A stretch of 64,000 bases of DNA from contig PWTK01000105.1 of NCBI GenBank assembly GCA_003563895.1, positions 15,129-79,128 on the forward strand, in the 5' to 3' direction. A model generated the notes under the pieces. The model made no database searches. It saw only the letters and a list, made by a program, of their open reading frames with translations, and was not told the origin of the DNA. Below, piece after piece: positions 29,466-39,100 of this stretch. Position 1 is the first letter of the stretch, and every line of letters begins with the position of its first letter. This DNA is from Syntrophomonadaceae bacterium. GTDB lineage: Bacteria; Bacillota; Dethiobacteria; DTU022; UBA8154. A program made the position numbers and the translations under genes.

Positions 29466-31633
29466 AAATTGCCATTATTTATAACCGGGACAGCCAAGCG
29501 GTTATCAATCTATTTGGCATGCCGAACCGTGAAAAGTACGGCTTACAGACCATTAAACGCATAAAGGAGGCCCTTGAAGCACATGGCCACCAGGTGCAGG
29601 CTTTCGAAGGCGATAAGAATATCATTTATGCCCTGGAAGATTTCATGCCTTCGGTCATCTCGGGAGAGCGGCCGGGCCTGGTTTTCAACCTGAGCTACGG
29701 CATACAAGGGCGGGCCCGCTACACCCATATCCCGGGAATCCTGGAAATGCTGGGCATCCCTTACGTGGGCTCCAGCCCTGAAACCCATGCCATCGCCCTG
29801 GATAAGGTGCTCACCAAAATTGTACTGACCCAGAAAAACCTTCCTACCCCGAAATTTACCGTGCTGGAAAGCCCCGATTTTGAGTTCCCCCTGCAGGAAG
29901 AAATGACCTTCCCCTTCATCGTTAAGCCACGGGATGAAGCCGTCTCATTGGGGATCAAAATCGTTCATGATGAAGCGGGGCTGCGGGAATGGGTCAGGGC
30001 TATTTACGAGATGTTTCAAGCCCCGGCCCTGGTGGAAGAGTACATCGAGGGTCGAGAGATCAACGTGGGACTCCTGGGCAACAGTCCCGTGGAAGCCCTG
30101 CCGCCGGTGGAAATGATTTTTTACAGGGGGCCGCGCATTTATACGCATGAAGACAAGGTGAAAAAAAGCAGGCGCCGCATAGACAAGGTGTGCCCCGCCT
30201 CCCTTGATCCCGCCCAGGAAGAGCTCTTAAAAACCCTGTCCATCCAGGCCTTTAACGCGCTGGGCTGCTTTGACAGCGCCCGCGTGGACTTTCGCCTGGA
30301 CAGAGAAGGCAATCCCTATATTCTGGAAGTGAACTCCATGGCCAGCCTCGGTCCGGACGCCTCGTACGTTTTTGCCGCCGAAAAGATGGGGTTGGACTAT
30401 GCAGCCCTGGTGAACCGCCTCATTGAAATCACCAGCCAGCGGTACTTCGGCCCAATTATTGCGGATGACGGCCTGGACGATTTATACAAGGGCAGGGGAA
30501 AGGCCGTTTTTACCCATCTCATACAGAGGCGTGACCAGATGGAAGAGGAACTGAAAGGGTGGACCAACCTCCCCAGCTGGACCGAAGACGCGGCAGGGCT
30601 GGGAGCAGTGATCAAGCGGCTTGAAGCGAAAATGCATGATTTGGGGTTGCATTCCATAAAAGAGCTCACGAACCAGCGTTTTGCCTGGGCCTGGCAGACC
30701 GCGCCCGGGCTCGAAGACGGCACGCTCCTGGTGGCTTCTGTCGATGTTCCGCGCAGCGATACCAGCGGTTATCCCACCCCATTTCGAAAGGCGCCGGAGC
30801 AGATTTTTGGTGAAGGCATAGCCTCCAGCCGCGCCGGGCTGCTCTGTTTGCTCGAAACCTTACAGGCTTTAAAAACAGCAGGGTGCCTGCACCACATCCC
30901 TTTGGGCGTGTTTATCTATGCCGACGAAGGTCGGGGGATGCGTTACAGCAGCCCGACCTTCTCCCAGGCCGCTGAAAAAGCGGGCCAGGTTCTTGTGATG
31001 CAGTCGGGCCTTCACGGCGGGAAAGTGGTGGATCAGAGAAGGGGGTCGAGAAAATTCAGCATTCTTGTGGAAGGGGCTTTTCAGCGTATTGGCTACCACC
31101 GAGGGCCGGGAGATCTTATGAACTGGTTTTTGCAGCGAGCCGCGCGGGTGGGCAAACTCAGCATGCCGAAAAAGCGGTTGACGGTGGCCGTGCAAGAAGT
31201 GCATTCAGAACGTTACAGCGTGCTGCTCCCCCACCGCATTCGCGCCACGGTTTACGTAACCTTCCTGGATCCTGCATTGGCCGGTGATGCCGAAACCGAA
31301 ATACGAAAAATATTTACTCCGACGGAAAAAGAAGAATTTTTATGTTACGTGGAAAAGCTGGAAGAACGCCCCGCCCTGACCCGCTCGGAAAGCGCTGCCT
31401 CTCTTATCTCCAAGCTCAAGGCCATCAGTGCAGATTGGAAACTGCCTTTCGGCGTTGATTCCAGCCTGCTGCCTTCGGCAGCGGGGGTCGTGCCCGAGGG
31501 GATACCCGTATTATGTGGTCTCGCCCCGTCCAGCCAGAACATGTACACCCCCTTTGAATCGATCCAGCGCGGAGAACTTTTGCAGAGGGCTCTGCTGCTG
31601 ACATTGTTTTTAATGGAGGGACAGGTGGAATGA
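29462..31633 (+). CDS. Ddl-like ATP-grasp ligase fused to an M20-peptidase-like domain
   Basis: N-half: LEMLGIPYVGS, DK..TK, IVKP, VEEYIEGRE, RVDFRL, LEVN; C-half has M20-like layout (IFGEGI, ADEG, RRG, GLAP, TPFESI). Confidence 0.85.
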   Translation: MKIAIIYNRDSQAVINLFGMPNREKYGLQTIKRIKEALEAHGHQVQAFEGDKNIIYALEDFMPSVISGERPGLVFNLSYGIQGRARYTHIPGILEMLGIPYVGSSPETHAIALDKVLTKIVLTQKNLPTPKFTVLESPDFEFPLQEEMTFPFIVKPRDEAVSLGIKIVHDEAGLREWVRAIYEMFQAPALVEEYIEGREINVGLLGNSPVEALPPVEMIFYRGPRIYTHEDKVKKSRRRIDKVCPASLDPAQEELLKTLSIQAFNALGCFDSARVDFRLDREGNPYILEVNSMASLGPDASYVFAAEKMGLDYAALVNRLIEITSQRYFGPIIADDGLDDLYKGRGKAVFTHLIQRRDQMEEELKGWTNLPSWTEDAAGLGAVIKRLEAKMHDLGLHSIKELTNQRFAWAWQTAPGLEDGTLLVASVDVPRSDTSGYPTPFRKAPEQIFGEGIASSRAGLLCLLETLQALKTAGCLHHIPLGVFIYADEGRGMRYSSPTFSQAAEKAGQVLVMQSGLHGGKVVDQRRGSRKFSILVEGAFQRIGYHRGPGDLMNWFLQRAARVGKLSMPKKRLTVAVQEVHSERYSVLLPHRIRATVYVTFLDPALAGDAETEIRKIFTPTEKEEFLCYVEKLEERPALTRSESAASLISKLKAISADWKLPFGVDSSLLPSAAGVVPEGIPVLCGLAPSSQNMYTPFESIQRGELLQRALLLTLFLMEGQVE

Positions 31634-32454
31634 TACCCGGCACACCGCTTCCGGTGGTGCTGTCCATGCCTCACGGCGGAACAAAAGTGCCGCCGGAACT
31701 AAAGCACAGGTGCCGGCTGGGCCTGGCGGCCATTCTTCGCGATGGGGATACCTGGGCACGGCATCTGTTTGACTTTGAGGAAATCACAGCAGAAGGCTGC
31801 GTGGATACAGAGGTGGCGCGGGCCGTGGTTGACATGAACCGCTCTCCTGAAGATCTGCCCCCGGCAAATCCCGACGGCGTGGTCAAAATATCAACGGTGC
31901 TTGGAGAGCCCGTCTGGCAGAGCCTTGGTGGACTGACGGGGGACGAGGTGCGCCTGCTGCTGGAAAAGTATCACCGGCCTTATCACCGGCAAATTGCCAG
32001 GATGTGTGAAAAAAGGGCGGCCATCCGATTGGGCCTGGACTGCCACACCATGCTGGCACAAGCGCCCCCTGAAAAAGGGGAAGAACACCTTCGCCGACCT
32101 TTAATCTGTCTCAGCAACCTGGGAGACGATTCCGGAGAACCTGACGGACTGCCCGTCTCAGCTCCACCAGCGCTCCTGCGGGCCCTGCAGCATGCACTGG
32201 AAAGGGTATTTGAAAGCGATCCCCGTTTTGCCGGGGCTCATCCGGACGTCGTTTTAAACCGGCCTTTCCGGGGCGGGTTTATCGTAAAAAATCACAGTGC
32301 TGCAGGGGAAGTGCCCTGGATACAGGTGGAATTTAACCGCTCTCTATACCTGCCGGCGCCGTTTCCCATCGCCAAAGAGCCCGACCCCGACACAGCCGGG
32401 AAGTTGCGATCGCTTGGAAAAGGGCTTTTGCTGGCTGTCAGGGAAGTGCTCTAA
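31630..32454 (+). CDS. N-formylglutamate amidohydrolase family protein
   Basis: S.PHGG, R.VVD.NR, YH.PYH, DCHT, N.PF.GG, IQVEFNR.LY. Confidence 0.9.
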   Translation: MIPGTPLPVVLSMPHGGTKVPPELKHRCRLGLAAILRDGDTWARHLFDFEEITAEGCVDTEVARAVVDMNRSPEDLPPANPDGVVKISTVLGEPVWQSLGGLTGDEVRLLLEKYHRPYHRQIARMCEKRAAIRLGLDCHTMLAQAPPEKGEEHLRRPLICLSNLGDDSGEPDGLPVSAPPALLRALQHALERVFESDPRFAGAHPDVVLNRPFRGGFIVKNHSAAGEVPWIQVEFNRSLYLPAPFPIAKEPDPDTAGKLRSLGKGLLLAVREVL

Positions 32455-32579
32455 AAACTGTAAAAAAGTAAGAGGAAGGCTTAAACGTCAGGCAACTCCC
32501 CTGCAGGAAATTTTCCGGTGCTTGTGGCATACCCCCCTAATAATGCAACTGGGGGGTTTTTTGTGCCGGAAAGAAAAAT

Positions 32580-32729
32580 CAGACTATCGGGTTTGCTCAG
32601 GATGACAATGAAGAAGCTCCGCAAAAAAGAGGTTTTAAAAGGTCACACTCACAAAAAGGCCTTGATCTGCTAAAAAGCTATTTTAGGGGCCACTCAACAA
32701 GAATTCCCTGAGTTAAGTTGATAATCATG
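32580..32729 (+). mobile_element. MITE-like element family A, copy 4
   Basis: 150 bp copy with small deletions; AAGAAAAA on both sides. Confidence 0.82.
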
Positions 32730-32791
32730 AAGAAAAAAAGCCTCCCGGAAGTTTTGCCAGGAGGCTTGGCTCAAGCGGAGTTCGTTTCTTT

Positions 32792-33178
32792 TTATCCCTG
32801 TTTTTCTTCACTGCCCGAAACCGTAGCAAAGCTGACACCCTGTACGTGGACATTAACGTGGGTAACCCTTAAACCCGTCATTTTCTGCACCGCTTTATTT
32901 ACATTTTCCTGAACATTCCATGTTACGTCGGGTATGCGGTAGCCATAGTTCACGATCAGGTATAGATCAATGGCTGCTTCTTCCTCGCCAATCTTCACCC
33001 TGACACCCTTGGAAATGTTTTTGCGGCCCAGCGCCTCGGCAATTCCCCCTGCAATCCCTCCGCTCAGGCTGTTCACGCCTTCCACCTCTGCCGCGGCAAG
33101 GCCGGCAATCATGGAAACCACTTCGTCAGTAATGCGAACTGAACCATGCTCAGAAGGAATCGTTCCCTCCCCAGTCAT
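32792..33178 (-). CDS. Asp23/Gls24 envelope stress response protein
   Basis: G.V.I..EVV..IAG.AA.EVEGV, GV.V, V.YG..IP, MTGL.V..VNV.V. Confidence 0.92.
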   Translation of the reverse strand: MTGEGTIPSEHGSVRITDEVVSMIAGLAAAEVEGVNSLSGGIAGGIAEALGRKNISKGVRVKIGEEEAAIDLYLIVNYGYRIPDVTWNVQENVNKAVQKMTGLRVTHVNVHVQGVSFATVSGSEEKQG

Positions 33179-33387
33179 AATAAGCCCCCCTTCTTGAAAT
33201 CGGGTGAAGCGTGCACTAATTATAACAAAAAGCCATATCTACTTCAAACCTTTTTTCCTTTCCGCCTGCGGCCGGCCCCCTCCGTTCCTGCGATTTTTCT
33301 CATGACACCCTCTTGCGTATTGGGTGCGATGGAGCTTGGTGCTGCTGAACATAATTATTGTTCCAAACGTGGCAGCCAGAATTTATT

Positions 33388-33486
33388 GAACTGTTGTTTA
33401 CTACGTTTAGAAAGGTTCTTTTTGAGACCCGTATTTTACGGCACCGGCCATGTCCAGGTTGGGAAAAGGAAATAATGTGACTAGCG
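33388..33486 (+). repeat. Dispersed repeat family B, partial copy 3
   Basis: TTTTGAGACCCGTATTTTACGGCACCGGCCATGTCCAGGTTGGGA matches ~23595-23639. Confidence 0.6.
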
Positions 33487-33503
33487 GTGTTTTTTCCGGG
33501 CGT

Positions 33504-33686
33504 TCATTTTTTTGTCCCCTTTTTGGGGGGCGTACTAAATTTTCCCCCTCGGGAAAAATACCCCACCGCAAGCAGCCAAACCAAAAAGCCCGCAACACCT
33601 CCCCACCAGGCACCGGTCACAAAATAACCGAGAAGCGGAACTGCAATCAGTGTAACCAGGGTGATAAGTGCATTTAAAGCTGACAT
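33504..33686 (-). CDS. Small two-TM membrane protein (60 aa)
   Basis: ATG 33686 behind a GAGAGGGTG RBS; two hydrophobic segments and a basic tail. Confidence 0.6.
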   Translation of the reverse strand: MSALNALITLVTLIAVPLLGYFVTGAWWGGVAGFLVWLLAVGYFSRGGKFSTPPKKGTKK

Positions 33687-33729
33687 ATGGTGCACCCTCT
33701 CTCTTTGTGATGCGAAAAACCGCTGCGGC

Positions 33730-34773
33730 TCAATATTTCGCCAGTACTTTAAGCGCGTTCCACAGGGGCTCAGGCTTGAAATCCCACATGTAAGAGGTTT
33801 CGACGATATTGGGATTGTTGCAGTGGTTGCAGTGCAGCGCCTGTTTTTTCAATCGTTCATATGCGGGACTCTCTAATATGTCGCCCAGGGGCTCTTTTCT
33901 GACATTTCCCAGCGGGGCTGAGGGGTTTGTGCAGTTTGCTACTTCACCGCCGGGGTACACGAGGAGGGAGATCTTGGGGAGATGGCAAACGTAAGATTCG
34001 CGCCTCGTCAGAAAGCGCTCCAGGTAGGTATAAGAATTGTTTAACGGGTAGCGATTTTTTTTCAGCCCTGCAAGGGCCCGGGCGGCCGCTGTTTCCCCCT
34101 CCGCCTCCCAGCCCTTGACGGAATGCCCCGTTTCCGGGGAAACCCCCACTTTCACCGGGCAAACGTAAAAAGACCCCCGCAGTTTTTGGCAGAGCTCGGC
34201 CATCTCGAGGAGCCGATCTTCGTTGCCCCTGTGCAAAAGACAGTTCACCATCACCTTCATCTCGGGGTAACGCCTGTTGAGGGTTTCCAGCGCGCCCACC
34301 ACCCGCTGGAAAAGCCCCCGGCAACCCCGCTGCCGGTCGTGCTCTTCGTCCGGATAGTCCAGGGAGACAACCACCGAATCCAGTTTATCATGAAGCTCCC
34401 CTGTACGCTCCTCCAGGTAGTAACCGTTGGTAAGGAGGGTGGTGATGAAGCCTTCCCTTTTGGCCGCGAACAAAATCTCTGCCAGGTCATCCCGCAGCAG
34501 CGGTTCCCCTCCCCAAAGGCCCACGGCTTTGAAACCGTGCCTGCGGCCCTGACGGTATAGGCGGCCGATTTCGGCAGCGCTCATTTCCGAGGGGGAACGG
34601 TTGTCCCGCCAGATGCACGTGGGACACCTGCAGTTGCAGCGGGTGGTTACCAGGTGCGAAAAATAGAAAGGCCGCTGCCGAACCCTGCTGGCTGCCAGGG
34701 CAACAATCAACCGGTTCATTCCGACGAAAGCTCTCTTCACTTTTGCCCCTGAAGCATACGGAGCATTCCTCAT
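33730..34773 (-). CDS. Radical SAM protein with twitch/SPASM-like domain
   Basis: CNCRCPTC, GGEPLLR, TNG, VSLD, C-terminal C...PGGEVANC...LGNV...CNHC. Confidence 0.88.
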   Translation of the reverse strand: MRNAPYASGAKVKRAFVGMNRLIVALAASRVRQRPFYFSHLVTTRCNCRCPTCIWRDNRSPSEMSAAEIGRLYRQGRRHGFKAVGLWGGEPLLRDDLAEILFAAKREGFITTLLTNGYYLEERTGELHDKLDSVVVSLDYPDEEHDRQRGCRGLFQRVVGALETLNRRYPEMKVMVNCLLHRGNEDRLLEMAELCQKLRGSFYVCPVKVGVSPETGHSVKGWEAEGETAAARALAGLKKNRYPLNNSYTYLERFLTRRESYVCHLPKISLLVYPGGEVANCTNPSAPLGNVRKEPLGDILESPAYERLKKQALHCNHCNNPNIVETSYMWDFKPEPLWNALKVLAKY

Positions 34774-35264
34774 GCCGCCTCCCCCGTCCCTCCCGGTTTT
34801 CAGTAATCCCGGTAACCAGTTATTACCAGGAATAGAAAGCTATGTATGAGATAAGTGCCCACGTTGTGCGGAGGGCCTCTGAAGCATGCAGCAAAAAGGA
34901 TCATACACTGAATATCAGTCCTGATCGGGGCCTGCGCACTCAGACTATGCCGCATCCAAAACAATGCTCATTGAATGCCGACACCGGATCACTCCCTGCC
35001 AAACGCACTGCTTCCTCTTCTTCAAAGCCCGGGTTAAATCCCTTGGAGAGAAAAACGATAAGGGTTGTTCCGTGGACATCCGCTCCGCGGCGGTGAAGCC
35101 CGAACCGTCCCCGGGGCAGCTCTCCGTGGCGAGCCCAGGTGCATGCCATCGTTTCAGTCCCGGTGCGCTGTCAATTAAATATGTTCTTTATTTCACAGGT
35201 TTTGGTCTCACGGAGAGCTCAAAGCAGCAGTTGTATCTTGTTTGTATTCTGTCAGAAACTGGTA

Positions 35265-35705
35265 TTATTTGTCCAATGAGCCCTGGCTGTCTTTTTTGTT
35301 GTTTTCCAGCACCAGTTTTAAACAGTACTCGATGATCTCCCTCCTCCTGATAATGCCGATGAAAACCCCGTGGTCATCAACAACCGGTATAAAGTTTTGA
35401 GTGATCGCCAAAGAGAGCAGGTCGCCAATTTTCGCGTCAGCCCTGACCGGGGAGTTGAAAATCTGCTGGGGAATATTCCGCAGCAAAATCCGCTCGCTTT
35501 TGCCGTAATTGAAACCGGATGAATTTTTCAACATGCGCAGAAGATCTCCTTCATTGATGGTTCCTGCATAGCGCCCTTCGTCATCGATAAGCGGAACCGC
35601 CGTGTAGCCGTGGTATTCCATTTTCTCTATGGCCTGGCGCATGGTACAGTTCAGCGATAAATAGGCCACGTCTTTCTTGGGAACCAGAAAAAAAGCGATA
35701 TTCAC
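35265..35705 (-). CDS. CBS-domain protein
   Basis: MNIAFFL.PK..V, YTAVPLID, NFIPVVDD...FIGII.R. Confidence 0.88.
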   Translation of the reverse strand: MNIAFFLVPKKDVAYLSLNCTMRQAIEKMEYHGYTAVPLIDDEGRYAGTINEGDLLRMLKNSSGFNYGKSERILLRNIPQQIFNSPVRADAKIGDLLSLAITQNFIPVVDDHGVFIGIIRRREIIEYCLKLVLENNKKDSQGSLDK

Positions 35706-35852
35706 GGGGCCAACCCCTTTCTATGTGCTCAACGCCAAATTACTGTGAAAAGAAAAAAACAGCTGCGGCCCGAAAACTTCTCTTTTCCAGGGCCAAACCG
35801 GCTGCCCGAGGGAAACGTTGCCGGGCCGTCAAATTTGTGCTCTCCATGCTCC

Positions 35853-36257
35853 TTACTGGGGCTTTGGGTTTTCGTTTCCTCCCTCTGAGGCGATGCCCGG
35901 TTCTTCCAGGTTGATCAGATCGGCAGGGAAAAGATCCTGCACCGTTTCCGCCACGATTTTTTGGATATCGGCAAAAAGAACACTGAACCTGTATTCCGCT
36001 TCCAGATATTCCTTAACCGTCTGATTTAAATAGATGACCTCGTACAGCTTGTTTAGCTTTTCTTGCTGTTCTGAAGATATTTCCAGGCCGCTCATTTTCT
36101 GCTGCTGCAGCTCCAACTGGGCCCGACGAAAATCCAACAGCATTTTTTTTGCTGTGGGATCATTTTCCAGTTTTTTTGCGGCATTCTTCAGCGCTTTGTG
36201 CTCAGGTGATCCCTTGATGGCTTTGGCAAGGCTGTGGGCATAATCATAAACATTCAT
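35853..36257 (-). CDS. YlbF/YmcA-family regulator
   Basis: MNVYDYAH.LA.AI..S.E, YLEAE.RF..L..DI. Confidence 0.88.
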   Translation of the reverse strand: MNVYDYAHSLAKAIKGSPEHKALKNAAKKLENDPTAKKMLLDFRRAQLELQQQKMSGLEISSEQQEKLNKLYEVIYLNQTVKEYLEAEYRFSVLFADIQKIVAETVQDLFPADLINLEEPGIASEGGNENPKPQ

Positions 36258-36339
36258 TTATCATCGCTCCTTGTTTCGGGTGTCCAAATGTTGCTGTGAA
36301 TTTCACTCAATATTATTTAACAGGAACAGCAGGAAAAAG

Positions 36340-37173
36340 TCAATCCGGCGCCGCTGTATCTGTAATGTTTAAGATGGACATCTTTTCCCTGGGAAGCTGC
36401 CCGATATATTTTTCTAAATCCAGCACGATGACGGAGATATTGTCATCACTCCCGCCCCAAAAAGCCTCTTGCTGGATCAGTTCGGCCGCCTTTTGGGGAG
36501 TCGGGGCATTCCGGACGATGGAGCAGGCTTCTTCTGTGCTCAAAGAAACCCAAACCCCATCACAAGCCACTACTGCAAAGCGATTTTCTCTCCCCAGGAG
36601 TCCGTAGACGATCCTCGGTAAGGGGGTCACATAAGGCTTGAAATATACATCCCCCAGCGCCCGACTTAGCGCCAAATCACCTTCAACCCGGGGAACGTCG
36701 AGCTCTATCACCCTACCCCCCTGGGATTCAATGCGGGCTCTTTCGGCCGGCAGATCCGGTCGGTGATCCTGTGTTAAAACAACGCCTCCGGCATCAGATT
36801 CAATGATTACGCGCGTATCCCCGGAATTGGCTGCCCAAAATTCTTCGCCGGCTATAACAAGCACACCAGCAGTCGTTCCGCTGCGGATCCCTTTTTTGAT
36901 GATATATTCGTCGGTTTTCAGGCAGGCTTGATTGATCATTTCCCCATAAGAACGGCGTGGCCCTTCGGGCTTTTCAGATTCATCCAGGCACGAACCCTCC
37001 ACAAACCGCGGCAGCACCTCGGCGGCGGCCTGTGCGGCGCGGGGGTCTAGATGCCCATCAAAAACTGCTGCCAGACAAAAATTCTGTTCCTCGCTGCAGA
37101 CAACAGCATGTGCATTTTCCATCCTGCTTCGCCAACCGATATCCTCGCTGATGCCGTAAGCGATGTCTTTCAA
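36340..37173 (-). CDS. PP2C/PPM-family Ser/Thr phosphatase
   Basis: R..MENAH, VFDGH, GTTA, ANSGDTR, DHRP, LALSRALGD, ACDGVW, GSDDNISVIV. Confidence 0.9.
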   Translation of the reverse strand: MKDIAYGISEDIGWRSRMENAHAVVCSEEQNFCLAAVFDGHLDPRAAQAAAEVLPRFVEGSCLDESEKPEGPRRSYGEMINQACLKTDEYIIKKGIRSGTTAGVLVIAGEEFWAANSGDTRVIIESDAGGVVLTQDHRPDLPAERARIESQGGRVIELDVPRVEGDLALSRALGDVYFKPYVTPLPRIVYGLLGRENRFAVVACDGVWVSLSTEEACSIVRNAPTPQKAAELIQQEAFWGGSDDNISVIVLDLEKYIGQLPREKMSILNITDTAAPD

Positions 37174-37269
37174 CTTGACCCCCTTCCTTTCAACTGATAA
37201 TCTATAATCAGCAAGGCAGGTTCAAAAACTTCTGCCTGCACCATTCATTTTTTGCGTGGGGGGCTGGCC

Positions 37270-38115
37270 ATGTCACTAAAGGAAGTATTTGACAGAGCTG
37301 CCGAGGAGCTTCAGCAAGCAGAAACGCTCATGATTCACGCCGGGGCAGGCATGGGGGTTGACTCCGGGCTGCCCGATTTTCGGGGAACCACCGGCTTTTG
37401 GAAAGCGTACCCTCTCTATGAAAAGCTGGGACTCAACTTTATCGAGGCGGCCAATCCCCGTCATTTCAGCAGGGACCCCGCTTTCGGCTGGGGGTTTTAC
37501 GGCCATCGCACTGCACTCTATCGCGAAACCTCTCCCCACCAGGGCTTTCAACTGCTGCTCAACTGGATCAAAGCACTTGGGCTTGATTATATGGTGGTCA
37601 CTTCCAACGTGGACGGCCAGTTCCAAAAGGCCGGTTTTGATGAAGACAGGATATATGAAGTCCACGGCTCCTTAAATTACCTGCAGTGCACCAACGTCTG
37701 CCGGGACAGCATCTGGCCCAACACGGAAGAAATACCGGTTGACCTGGAAACCATGCGGGCCCGGAAAGTCCCCCAGTGCCCTTACTGCGGCGCTGCAGCA
37801 CGGCCCAACGTGCTCATGTTCGGCGATTTTTCGTGGGTTGAAAAACGCGCTGTAGAACAGGAAAACCGCTTTCGCCGCTTTCTAAGCCGTTACCGGGAGA
37901 GCAAGATCTTCGTGATTGAACTCGGGGCCGGCACTGCCGTGCCTACCATTCGCAACCTGAGCGAGAACATCATTCGCCACTACCGGGGCGTGCTGGTGCG
38001 CATCAACCCGCGTGAGTATAACGTCCCCCCTTCCCAGATCTCCATCCCCTGTAGTGCACTGGAAGGTTTGCAGGGTATTGATAATTCCTTGGATAAATTG
38101 CGGCCCGAACAGTAA
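37270..38115 (+). CDS. Sir2-family NAD-dependent deacylase (sirtuin)
   Basis: GAGMGVDSGLPDFRG, TSNVDG, EVHGS..LQC, CPYC, RPNVLMF. Confidence 0.92.
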   Translation: MSLKEVFDRAAEELQQAETLMIHAGAGMGVDSGLPDFRGTTGFWKAYPLYEKLGLNFIEAANPRHFSRDPAFGWGFYGHRTALYRETSPHQGFQLLLNWIKALGLDYMVVTSNVDGQFQKAGFDEDRIYEVHGSLNYLQCTNVCRDSIWPNTEEIPVDLETMRARKVPQCPYCGAAARPNVLMFGDFSWVEKRAVEQENRFRRFLSRYRESKIFVIELGAGTAVPTIRNLSENIIRHYRGVLVRINPREYNVPPSQISIPCSALEGLQGIDNSLDKLRPEQ

Positions 38116-38356
38116 AGGCCCAGGCCCAAAATCAATTGAGAAAAAGCGACAGGAAGGCGCATAAAAGGAGCAACAGTCGAGTTGGATGAAGCATTCGTTC
38201 AAACCCGTCGATCAGGGAAACCTGTCACCATAAAGAATAACAGAAAAAAGGACCCATGGGAAGACAGCTGAACGGGTAAATTCTCATAAAGGCTTTCATT
38301 GTCGCCCCTGCGGAAGATACCAGGGGGATCACAGATGCTAAAGGGGTGTTTCACAG

Positions 38357-39100
38357 ATGCTTGTGCTCGACTCCCATGTCCACTGCGGGCGAGGCCTTCC
38401 TTTTGAAGTGCTGCAGCCGCGCTGGGAAAAAAGCGGCATAAAAGGGGGAGTGCTTTTCTCGCCTGCCGAAGAGATATATGAGCGCCACAATCATTCATTT
38501 TTCGACAGTGCGGCCTTCCAGGACTCCCGGCAAAAAGTGCACCGCTACCTGGAATCCCTGCGGGGGGATCTCATCCATATTTACTGGTTTGTCTGGAACG
38601 ACTTTCAGTTTCCGGGCGATAAATTCAGCGGGGTTAAGTGGCACCGACATTCGAACGAGCCCCGTTACGATTACGATTCAGAAAAATGCCTTGCCTTTGT
38701 AGAACATATTTGCCTGAGAAAAATGCCCGTCATCCTGGAGGAAGAGTTTGAAAATACTTTTCGGTTAGTTGAAATGATCGGCGGGCGGACGCCCGTCATT
38801 ATTCCGCATATGGGAGGGTTAAACGGCGGTTACCACCGTTTGCAGAAAGCGGGTTTGTTTGAAGAACCTTCAATCTATGCGGATACCGCGCTGGCAAGCA
38901 GCAGAGAGATATCAGATTTCGCAGGCTTATACGGGACAGACAGGCTCCTCTTCGGAAGCGATTTTCCCTTTGGGGAACCTTCTCGTGAAAGGTTTAAGGT
39001 AGAAAAACTTTTTGAAGGCGAAGAGCTGGAACAGCTGTTTTCGGGCAACCTGCAGCGCCTGCTGAAAGAGGTTAAACCGCCTCCCCCAGAGCCCTCCTGA
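38357..39100 (+). CDS. Amidohydrolase_2-family TIM-barrel metallohydrolase
   Basis: DSHVH, GVK.H, PHMGG, DTA, LLFGSDFP. Confidence 0.85.
   Translation: MLVLDSHVHCGRGLPFEVLQPRWEKSGIKGGVLFSPAEEIYERHNHSFFDSAAFQDSRQKVHRYLESLRGDLIHIYWFVWNDFQFPGDKFSGVKWHRHSNEPRYDYDSEKCLAFVEHICLRKMPVILEEEFENTFRLVEMIGGRTPVIIPHMGGLNGGYHRLQKAGLFEEPSIYADTALASSREISDFAGLYGTDRLLFGSDFPFGEPSRERFKVEKLFEGEELEQLFSGNLQRLLKEVKPPPPEPS

Noticed and set aside
29462..30480. Calling the ATP-grasp gene ddl
   Set aside because: Different N-terminus, EVNSMASL motif, C-terminal fusion and non-cell-wall context
34800..35260. Possible ncRNA (6S-like) or pseudogene in the long intergenic region
   Set aside because: Could not build a convincing structure or recognise a protein family by eye
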